From Eubacteriales bacterium (lineage in GTDB: Bacteria > Bacillota > Clostridia > Oscillospirales > CAG-272), in the NCBI GenBank assembly GCA_045533775.1, contig JAZSIK010000003.1, forward strand, positions 468 through 64,467: a stretch of DNA of 64,000 nucleotides, given 5' to 3'. Below, one piece after another: positions 9,357 to 17,800 of the stretch. Below the pieces are notes generated by a model that was given only the letters and a program-made list of their open reading frames with translations, searched no databases and was not told the DNA's origin. Both the position numbers and the translations under genes were made by a program. Each line of letters begins with the position of its first letter. Positions within the stretch are counted from its first letter, which is position 1.

Positions 9357-10616
9357 ATGTATTACGGATACAAAATCAGCGACTATACTGCCGATCTCGC
9401 CAGACGAGCGGAGGCAGATTGTAAAGAAATATTTGCAAAAATAGAGGAAAACGCCTTAATTTGCTCGGCTAAAGTCCTTTCCGCCTTCCAGGAATGCATG
9501 GTATCTACCGCCGACTTTATTGAGGTGACAGGCTACGGATTTACCGACTCGGGCAGAGACAAGCTTGAGCAAATATACGCCCGTGTGTTTGGCGCGGAGG
9601 ATGCTCTGGTACGCCCCCAGCTTATGTCAGGCACTCACGCCCTTGCCGTTACTCTCGGCGGTCTGTGCAAGCCAAATGACACTCTGCTCTACATTACGGG
9701 AACTCCCTACGACACTCTGCAGACGGTTATCGGCATTGCAGGCGGCAGCCGCAACTCGCTGATGGCGTACGGGGTAAAGTATGAGGAGATTGATCTGAAG
9801 GGTGGAGATTTTGACCTTGAAGCAATCAAGGAAAGACTGTCAAAATCCTATGTCAAGGTGGCGGCAATTCAGCGTAGCCGCGGCTATGCTCAGCGCAAGA
9901 GTCTGACTATTGATCAGATTGAGCGTGCGGTAAAGGCTATCAAGGAGGTCTCTCCCGAGACTATCATTATGGTAGACAACTGCTACGGTGAGTTTACCGA
10001 GGACAGAGAGCCCACCGATGTTGGCGCAGATGTTTTCGTCGGCTCTATGATGAAGAATCTCGGCGCCGGCTTTGCAGTTTCGGGTGCTTACTGCGTTGGT
10101 ACAAAGGCTGCTATTGAGGATATAGCCGATAGATTTACCGCCCCCTGTATCGGAAAGGATCTGGGAGCAAACTTCAATCAGCTTGCCTCATTCTATAAGG
10201 GATTCTTTATGGCTCCTGCCTGTGTGGCGTCCACTATGAAGTCTATGGTATTTGCGGCGAGAATGCTGGAGCTGGCAGGCTTTAACGAGGTAGACCCTCG
10301 CTATGACGAAAAGCGTACCGACATCGTACAGACGGTAAATCTCCACTCGGCAGACAAGCTTATCAAGTTCTGCAAGGGAATACAGATGGGCTCTCCCGTA
10401 GAGGCATACTGCATCCCTGAGCCCGGCGATATGCCCGGCTATCCTCACCCCGAGATCATGGCGGCAGGCACATTTATCACAGGCGCGACCAACGAGCTCA
10501 GCTGTGACGGCCCCGTCACTCCTCCCTACACCGCCTATATGCAGGGCGGCCTTACCTACGAGTACGGCAAGCTTGGCATTATGAAGGCGATTGATATGAT
10601 GCTGGATCTTATATAA
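9357..10616 (+). CDS. YnbB-like PLP-dependent enzyme (methionine gamma-lyase / aluminium-resistance protein family)
   Basis: Family-typical N-terminal half (VLSAFQECMVSTADFIEVTGYGFTDSGRDKLEQIYARVFGAEDALVRPQLMSGTHA) and a length of about 420 aa. Confidence 0.7.
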   Translation: MYYGYKISDYTADLARRAEADCKEIFAKIEENALICSAKVLSAFQECMVSTADFIEVTGYGFTDSGRDKLEQIYARVFGAEDALVRPQLMSGTHALAVTLGGLCKPNDTLLYITGTPYDTLQTVIGIAGGSRNSLMAYGVKYEEIDLKGGDFDLEAIKERLSKSYVKVAAIQRSRGYAQRKSLTIDQIERAVKAIKEVSPETIIMVDNCYGEFTEDREPTDVGADVFVGSMMKNLGAGFAVSGAYCVGTKAAIEDIADRFTAPCIGKDLGANFNQLASFYKGFFMAPACVASTMKSMVFAARMLELAGFNEVDPRYDEKRTDIVQTVNLHSADKLIKFCKGIQMGSPVEAYCIPEPGDMPGYPHPEIMAAGTFITGATNELSCDGPVTPPYTAYMQGGLTYEYGKLGIMKAIDMMLDLI

Positions 10617-10631
10617 ATCACAGGATTGGTA

Positions 10632-10660
10632 TTGACAAAAACATAATAAAGTGATATAAT
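10632..10660 (+). promoter_or_regulatory. Putative sigma-A promoter of the thiT leader
   Basis: TTGACA (10632-10637), 17 nt spacer, TATAAT (10655-10660) with an upstream TG. Confidence 0.55.
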
Positions 10661-10677
10661 TATCACGAACCGAACAG

Positions 10678-10768
10678 AATATACATCAGGGGTGCGTTTT
10701 GCTGAGATGACGAGAGTCAAACCCTTTAACCTGATACGGATAATGCCGTCGTAGGAAGAATGGATTGG
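10678..10768 (+). promoter_or_regulatory. TPP (THI-box) riboswitch
   Basis: GGGGTGC...CTGAGA...ACCCTTTAACCTGATACGGATAATGCCGTCGTAGGAAG is a near-perfect match to the conserved THI element core. Confidence 0.85.
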
Positions 10769-10786
10769 TAATATAGCCATTATATG

Positions 10787-10821
10787 CCGCGCGGATGTGT
10801 TTATCTGCGCGGTATTTTTTT
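10787..10821 (+). terminator. Riboswitch expression-platform terminator
   Basis: CCGCGCGG (10787-10794) pairs with CTGCGCGG (10805-10812), followed by TATTTTTTT. Confidence 0.7.
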
Positions 10822-10857
10822 GCGGAGTCTTCTGCCGCTTCCAAAGGAGGAATAAAA

Positions 10858-11667
10858 ATGAAGAAAAATACTCTTGCGCTGTGCGAGGCGGGTATTATGA
10901 TCGCCCTCTCCACAGTATTGGCTATGCTGAAGCTTATTGATATGCCTTACGGCGGTTCGGTTACCTTCGCGCAGATGCTGCCTATCCTTATTTTTGCATA
11001 CCGTCACGGCCCAAAACTCGGTATGGGCGCGGCACTTGTCGCATCACTGATCCAGCTGCTGCTCGGTCTTGAGAACTTCTCTTACCTGCCGCTGGTGAAC
11101 TGGTACTCTATCGTTGTGCTTGCTCTGTTTGATTATATCATAGCATACTCTGCCTTTGGCATTGTGGGCTTCCTTAAGAAAAAGCTCGGCTACCGTCAGG
11201 CTATGCTGATAGGAGCTGCATCTGCCTCGGTCATCAGATATCTCTGCCACGTGATCTCCGGCTTTACCGCCTGGGCGGCCTTTGAGCTTCCCACCGCGGC
11301 TGTGCTGCTCTACTCTGTGGGCTACAACGCCACATATATGATTCCCGAGACCATCGTGCTTGTGGCGGCGACCTACTACATCACCTCGGCAATAGACTTT
11401 TCCCACGACTCTCCCGCAAGGGTCAAGAAGCAGGAGGCGTCGGTTTCCTCGCTGCAGATCTTCTCAGGTCTTGCTATCTTTGCCGGAGTAATTGCAGATA
11501 CGGTCATCATCTTCTCAGAGCTGCAGGACGCGGAGACGGGTGACTTTGCCATCTCGGGACTTGCAAATGTAGACTGGATCTCCTTTGCGGTTGTGAGTGC
11601 CGTATGCATCGGTGCGGCAATCGTACTGCGCGTGGTTGATAAGAACAAGAGTGAAAAGGAAAGCTGA
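10858..11667 (+). CDS. thiT: ECF-type thiamine transporter S component ThiT with C-terminal extension
   Basis: ThiT/YuaJ signature MPYGGSVTFAQMLPILIFAYRHG and the TPP riboswitch upstream. ATG 10858 follows AAAGGAGG. There are about 75 extra C-terminal residues with two further hydrophobic helices. Confidence 0.8.
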   Translation: MKKNTLALCEAGIMIALSTVLAMLKLIDMPYGGSVTFAQMLPILIFAYRHGPKLGMGAALVASLIQLLLGLENFSYLPLVNWYSIVVLALFDYIIAYSAFGIVGFLKKKLGYRQAMLIGAASASVIRYLCHVISGFTAWAAFELPTAAVLLYSVGYNATYMIPETIVLVAATYYITSAIDFSHDSPARVKKQEASVSSLQIFSGLAIFAGVIADTVIIFSELQDAETGDFAISGLANVDWISFAVVSAVCIGAAIVLRVVDKNKSEKES

Positions 11668-11692
11668 TCCCCTCTGAATAGAAAACAAAGAC

Positions 11693-11731
11693 AAAAAAAT
11701 AACCGCTACTAACGGTAGCGGTTATTTTTTA
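11693..11731. terminator. Bidirectional terminator between thiT and the exonuclease gene
   Basis: AACCGCTAC (11701-11709) pairs with GTAGCGGTT (11715-11723). It is flanked by an A tract upstream and a T tract downstream. Confidence 0.75.
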
Positions 11732-12709
11732 TTTAGAGGCGCCGTCAGCGTGGATGCGTCTCTTAGGCTTCGGTCTTCTTCTCCTCAGCGTCTTGCGGCG
11801 GATGTTTGCGCGCTCAAGTGCCTCTCGGTATTCGGCGAGAGATGCGGCATCTGCCAGTCTGACCGTACGCCTTGCGCGCCAGGTCTCATTAAAGTTCCTA
11901 TGTAGTTTCAAGGAGAGAAGCATATCGCCGTGCTTTTTGCAAAAGAAATGCATAGTATATTTCTGTCCCTTAGAGTGCAGGAGCTTATCCTCCTCACGCA
12001 TTTCCTTTTTACACATGGGACAGGCGGGGTGCTTAACAACATCGTCATCAAGCAGCTCGGAAATGGTGACATATCCGTCTCCACCGGCATCGGCATCACC
12101 GATTACAGAGTCCTCAAGGAACTCGCCGCGAACCGAAGAATAATTTTTTATGCCTGCGGGAACATCCAGCTCCTTTGCCACCAGGGCGGTAAAGTAAGCA
12201 TCATTCAGCGCATCGTGGGCAGGCAGATGCTGGCGAAGGCCAAAATACTCCATAGCGTATTCCAGCGAACGCTGCTTTGAGGAATCGTCGGTCTGGCGGT
12301 TGAAGATCACCTGCAGGTCATAGACCTTGTCCAGCCACTCGGAGGGCATACCGTGAACATTGAAGTTCTCCTTGAGCATCGGGATATCGTCAGGGCCCCA
12401 GGTGAGGAAGCAAAAGTCCTTGCCACACCATTTCTTAAATCGCTCTGCCGCCTCGGGCAGCGGGGTGCCCATATCCATCTGACTCTGAGTGATGCCTGTA
12501 AGCTCGCTCACGTGTCTGTGAAGCTTCTTGAAGTGCTGGGGCTTTACAATAATCTGATAAGAGCCGCAGATATTCATCCGCGAGTCCATCTTGACCGCGC
12601 CGATCTGAATTACCTCGCCGCGCAGACGGCAGGCGAGACGGCGCTGTACTGCAAGAGCCTTTTGCGCATAGGCCTGATTCCACTCCAAATCAAGTGTAAT
12701 ATAGTACAT
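11729..12709 (-). CDS. DEDDh 3'-5' exonuclease (ERI-1/KapD-like) with C-terminal Cys-rich region and basic tail
   Basis: ExoI motif ITLDLEW, ExoII motif TWGPDD, ExoIII motif AHDALNDA. C-terminal CPMCKK...FFCKKHG is followed by an Arg/Lys-rich tail (RRKTLRRRRPKPKRR). Confidence 0.75.
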   Translation of the reverse strand: MYYITLDLEWNQAYAQKALAVQRRLACRLRGEVIQIGAVKMDSRMNICGSYQIIVKPQHFKKLHRHVSELTGITQSQMDMGTPLPEAAERFKKWCGKDFCFLTWGPDDIPMLKENFNVHGMPSEWLDKVYDLQVIFNRQTDDSSKQRSLEYAMEYFGLRQHLPAHDALNDAYFTALVAKELDVPAGIKNYSSVRGEFLEDSVIGDADAGGDGYVTISELLDDDVVKHPACPMCKKEMREEDKLLHSKGQKYTMHFFCKKHGDMLLSLKLHRNFNETWRARRTVRLADAASLAEYREALERANIRRKTLRRRRPKPKRRIHADGASK

Positions 12710-12807
12710 TAAATATTCCTTTATCTGTTTTTTACATATATCTTCAGTATAATTATATCACCCAAAAGTCTAAAAGTCAACAACCCCGATAAAATAAATA
12801 AAAGAAA

Positions 12808-12831
12808 AGAGCAAAAGATATCTTTTGCTCT
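12808..12831 (-). terminator. Terminator downstream of serC
   Basis: On the minus strand AGAGCAAAAGA-TA-TCTTTTGCTCT is followed by TTTCTTTTATTT. Confidence 0.6.
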
Positions 12832-12842
12832 TTTTGCCGAGA

Positions 12843-13952
12843 TTATCTCTGGATCTTCGGGTTGTTTCTGAGAAACTCCTTCATATACTCAACGAGCATC
12901 TCAACACCCTCATAGGGCATGGAGTTATAGAGGCAGGCACACATACCGCCAACGCTGGGGTCACCGCCCAGATTGATAAGTCCGCGCTCTGCCGCGCCCG
13001 CAATAAACTGTCTGTCCAGCTCGCCGTCACCGGTGGTGAACGCCACGTTCATCATACTGCGGTACTTCTTGTCCACGGGAGAGGTGTAATATGCCTGTCG
13101 GGTATCAAGGAAGTCATAAAGCAGGCTCGCCTTCTTTTCATTGCGGCGCTTCATCTCCTCAAGACCGCCAATAGAAAGCATCCACTCCATAACAAGCTTT
13201 GCAATATATACAGACCAGATAGGCGCGGTGTTACCCACAGAGCCCAGCTCAACAAGATGCTTATAATCCAGGATGGCGGGAGTATCCTTACGGGCAGAGC
13301 CGATAAGGTCGTTTCTCACGATAACAACGGTCAGACCGACCGAGGACAGATTTATCTGTCCGTCTGCATATACGATACCGAACTTAGTAATATCAATAGG
13401 CTCAGAGCAAAAGCAGGAGGTCATATCACAGACCAGCGGAATGTTGCCCGTATCGGGCACATCGTGAAATCTGGTGCCGTACACCGAGTTGTTGTAGCAG
13501 ATATGCACATAGTCGGCGTCGGGACGGAAGTCAGAGCGCCCTGTGATGGGAACGGTGGAATAGGGAGGAGATGATCCGCCCGAGGAGGCGGCAATAACGA
13601 TGTCACCGTACTTCTTTGCCTCATCGCAGGCGCGCTTGGAATACTTTCCCGACACGATATAGTCGGCGCATCTGTGAGAGGAGAGCAGGTTCATAGGTAT
13701 GGCGGCATACTGACCTGTGGCATCCCCCTTAAGGAACAAAATCTTATAGTTTGCAGGGATATTCATAAGGCTACGCAAAGCCTCCTCCGCGCCGCTGAGT
13801 ATATCAAGGTACTCGGGCGAGCGACGGTGCAGCTCCATAACCGAGAGTCCTGTGTTGCGGTAGGAGAGCATCTCTGCCTGCGCGCGCTCCAGGATCTCCA
13901 GGGGTAGCATTGAGGGTCCCTGAGAAAAATTATATATATTATCTCTTTCCAT
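12843..13952 (-). CDS. serC: Phosphoserine aminotransferase
   Basis: N-terminus YNFSQGPSMLPLEILERAQAEM and overall SerC length. I chose the start at 13952 (MERDN...) rather than ORF-track 14018, which would overlap the upstream gene. Confidence 0.9.
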   Translation of the reverse strand: MERDNIYNFSQGPSMLPLEILERAQAEMLSYRNTGLSVMELHRRSPEYLDILSGAEEALRSLMNIPANYKILFLKGDATGQYAAIPMNLLSSHRCADYIVSGKYSKRACDEAKKYGDIVIAASSGGSSPPYSTVPITGRSDFRPDADYVHICYNNSVYGTRFHDVPDTGNIPLVCDMTSCFCSEPIDITKFGIVYADGQINLSSVGLTVVIVRNDLIGSARKDTPAILDYKHLVELGSVGNTAPIWSVYIAKLVMEWMLSIGGLEEMKRRNEKKASLLYDFLDTRQAYYTSPVDKKYRSMMNVAFTTGDGELDRQFIAGAAERGLINLGGDPSVGGMCACLYNSMPYEGVEMLVEYMKEFLRNNPKIQR

Positions 13953-14014
13953 ACGGTATCTACCTTTCGTAAGATAGTCTATCCTAATTATTATACTACT
14001 ATTTGCGCCCTTTG

Positions 14015-14716
14015 TCAAGAGTTAGGGATCAGCGAAAGCAAAAGGCTTCTCATCTCGGCGTGATCCTTTACGGTATAGTCGGGGCTCGGGAGATCAATCT
14101 CAGGATAGCTACCCGACTGGGCGGTGTGAATATATACCGTCCTCATACCCGCAAGAGATGCGCCAAGGATATCGTCGCGCATATCGTTGCCCACATAGAC
14201 AGAGTTGGCGGCGGTTATGCCAAATCGGCTGAAGGCTATATCAAAAATCTTGACAGAGGGCTTCTTTACCCCCACGTCAGAGGAGATCAGTATACCGTCA
14301 AAGAGGTCATAGAGCTCTGTCATTTTCAGCTCATCAACAGTAAAGCAGCTCTGTGCATTAGATACAAGGTATACTCCCCCGCCCGCCTGACGAAGCTGAC
14401 GGAGCATAACGTCAACACCGGGGAATCTGCCGATACGAATCATAGACAGACGGCGGAACTCACTTGCCAAAGATTGAGCGACAGAGGTATCCACCCCCCT
14501 GGCAGATAACAGAGCGCAAAATACCGAGAGCAGATCTATCTCGTGATCCTCTCCTCGCTTTGCCTCGCGGCAGAGAGCAAGATATTCCCGCCTTACATCT
14601 GCTGCGCGCTCCTCACCGTCACCGAGCAGCAAGGCAACGCCCTCCCAAAGCTCAACCTGACTCTCATCGGTCCATATATCCACCAGCGTGCCGTATAAAT
14701 CAAAAACAAAGTTCAT
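14015..14716 (-). CDS. HAD-superfamily hydrolase (candidate phosphatase, substrate unknown)
   Basis: Motif I FVFDLYGTLVD, followed later by LVSNAQS and YVGNDMRDDILGA motifs. It lies immediately upstream of serC on the same strand. Confidence 0.75.
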   Translation of the reverse strand: MNFVFDLYGTLVDIWTDESQVELWEGVALLLGDGEERAADVRREYLALCREAKRGEDHEIDLLSVFCALLSARGVDTSVAQSLASEFRRLSMIRIGRFPGVDVMLRQLRQAGGGVYLVSNAQSCFTVDELKMTELYDLFDGILISSDVGVKKPSVKIFDIAFSRFGITAANSVYVGNDMRDDILGASLAGMRTVYIHTAQSGSYPEIDLPSPDYTVKDHAEMRSLLLSLIPNS

Positions 14717-14776
14717 AGCATTCTCCTTGCATTTTCTAAGGATATTTTACTACAAATCAAGGCTTATGTCAAGAGA

Positions 14777-14804
14777 AAAGGCTATCTCCGCAGAGATAGC
14801 CTTT
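14777..14804 (-). terminator. Terminator after the 1328-aa gene
   Basis: AAGGCTATCTC pairs with GAGATAGCCTT in a hairpin. On the minus strand it is followed by TTCTCTT. Confidence 0.55.
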
Positions 14805-14817
14805 AATAAAGGATAAA

Positions 14818-17800
14818 TTAATCAATCGTGGTCGGATGGAAAACAGCAATATTATTTTGCTTATCGTTAAGCGTTGTGCTGTTTATCATACTGTACTCAA
14901 CATATCCAAGCTTTTCGTTATAAAGACCGATGGTAGCATTGGAATTATGTATCTTATTGTACCTTCCGTAGTATATATTGACGGTTGAAGATCTTCTGCA
15001 GCTTGCCTCACCGTTACCGTTGGTAAGCGGGTTGGTTGCAATAGAAGCACTGCTACCGTTCATCACGACCGTACTAACATAGTCGTTGGCTGTATTGCCC
15101 GCGATCTCGCCCGAAGCACCGAATACAACATAGGAGTAGTCGTAAACATTGAATGCGTCAAAGTTACTTCCGTCACCAAACTCACCGGCATAAACATAGA
15201 CCTGCGCCTGATTGCCCGAGCTGGATCTATAATCATAAGCGCTGTTAAATGTATCAATACCCGTTACGAAGGCTCCGCCGTTACCGCCGTTAAAGGTTCC
15301 ACCGTAGATATTAACAACGGCTCCTCCGATAACCTTAAGTCCATAATATGCGCCGGGACCGGATTTGCCTACAAAGAAGGTGTCTCTATATCCGTTTGCA
15401 GCCGAGTTCGTGTCCTTATATGTCATTTTACCGTCAAAGTTACCGCCGTAAACATCAATTGTTCCTCGGCCGTTGGCGGCAATTCCATTACCGTAATAAG
15501 CTACATAGTTTCCGTTATACACGGTAATATTTCCGCCATTCAGCTCTATTGCGTGTCCGCCGGTAATACTTCTCTTACACTGCCATCCGCCAAGTCCGCT
15601 AAAATATCCAACGGGATCGTATGCTGTGTTGTAATACTCCTGTCCGCTGGCAAGAACCGAAATGTCAGAGTCAGAGCCGCCCTCTGTACCGAGGAAGATG
15701 TTTCCGTTGGATGCATCAGAGCCGGAGCCGCCCTCAATACTGGAGCAGCACACGCCGCCGCCCGCCTTGTTTTCAATGGTAGCCTTTGTAATTGTTACGT
15801 TACCGCCAACCACGCGAACGGCATAGCTGGTAACCTCAAGAGTGTTATAGTAATAGGTAGCCTGATTGTAAACATTCTGCAGACCCGTATGAGTGATGTT
15901 GGTAACTCCCTCAGAAACGAAGTTTCCGCCCGACACATAAATACCGTCGGTATTCTGATAATCAACATATCTGTTGTCGGTTACGTCATCAAACAAAAGA
16001 GGCAGCTGAATGGTATAGCTGTTTGTGGGGCTGTCTGTTCTTGTGTTATTAGAAACAATAGTATAATTACTGCCCTCGGCAAAGGTTATGTCACCATCTG
16101 CAACCGCAACGGCAGAAGCATAAGAGGTTTTTATACTACCCGTGCCGTAAAAGTCAAGCTTGCCGCCGCAAAGTGACGCGCCTACCTCGTGACAGGTAAT
16201 ATCAGCATTTGTCAGAGAAACGCTGGAGATATCAGACTCAGCGCCGTCGGTCATAAGCGTTACACCCGTACAGGCTCTGTATGTCCTGTTAGCGGTCTTG
16301 AGGGGTTTGCCTGCACCGACACTGACGTCTGCACCATCAAGAGAAATGTGGAATCCAACATCTCCAACCGAGATGGCGTAAATACCGTGGCAGTTAAGAT
16401 TTCCGTCAAGGGTAATATTACCGCCCGTCATCTGAACAGAACCGCCCGAGGAGTAGATGCCCGTAGAGTTGTCCTTTGTCAGTCTGTATTGGTATCCTGT
16501 AGAAAGCACCGAACCGCCGTCCAGCGCATAAATGCCCGTAGAGGCATCACTTGTAATGTTGATGGTACAGGGATCGTTCGTCGGATCTGTGGAATCAAGC
16601 TTAACCTGTCCGTTGGCGGCATAGATGCCTACCTGTCGTCCCGTACCGTTCGTTGTGATCTCAGCGAGATCGCCGAGGGTAAGATTGGTATCGGTAATAT
16701 TAAACTTACCAACACCGGTAACGGTAGAGTAAATACCCATTGCTCCGAAGCCGTTAAGAGTGAGATTTGAGGTATAGAGGTCAAACTGACCGTTGTTCAT
16801 CACGATGCCTCGCGAGCTGTCGCCGTTCAGCGTAAAGGTTCCGCCCTCAATATAAAGGGCACCGTTTGCCATATCAATACCGTGGGAGCTCTCACCTGTA
16901 AGACTGAGCGTAGCGCCAAAAACATCAAGCTCTCCGTCGGTCATCTGTATGCCTAAGCAGGCAGAGCCCGCAAGAGTGAATACACCGTCAGTTACCGTAA
17001 GATTACCGTTTTTCATCTCAATGCCCTTTGCATTTTCACCGATAACCTCAAAGTCTCCGTCCTCAATATTCAGCGTACCGTTGGCAATCTGAATACCCTT
17101 GGAATTATCGCCTTCAATGTCAAAGTCTGCGAAGTCAATTGCCAGAACACCGTCAGTCATAAGAATACCTACGGTGCCGTCACCTGTAATGTAAATATCT
17201 CCGTCATCAACAGAGAGCTCACCGTTTACCATATGGATACCGGTGTTGAACTGTCCGTCAATAACGTACTTTGCCGCACCGATATTCATAGTACCCTGCT
17301 CCATATAAATGCAAGCGGTTTTATCGTTTATAGCGGTGGGCACAGAAGCCGGTATCTTAATGTTCTGCTGCTTTGTAAAGCTTCCGCCGCCTACGTTAAG
17401 ACTGCCACCGTTCATATGAGCGTTATTGTTATTAGATGAGTAGAACTCACCGTTATCTATCTTAAGAGTAGCATTACCTTTATTAAGTATACAGTATGCC
17501 TCGCCGGCCATAGCTAATGCGCCGTTGGGCTCCGCCACGTTCCAGCGGTATCTGTCAAAGTAAACCTGTCCAAACGCCAGCGTATCATCCTCTTTTTCCA
17601 TAAGGGTGTTGTCATTGGTGGCAAGATTTCCATTTTGAATAGTGCTGTTTGCGTTGGGAATACGGGAGGAAAACTGACCGTTTACGACATTAATAGTACC
17701 ACCGGTAGAGTTAACGCAGGCAGTATTGGGAAGTCCAAAGTAACAGTAGAAGCTGCCGTTCTGAACCTCAAGACTGCCGCTGGACATCTGAATTGCGGCA

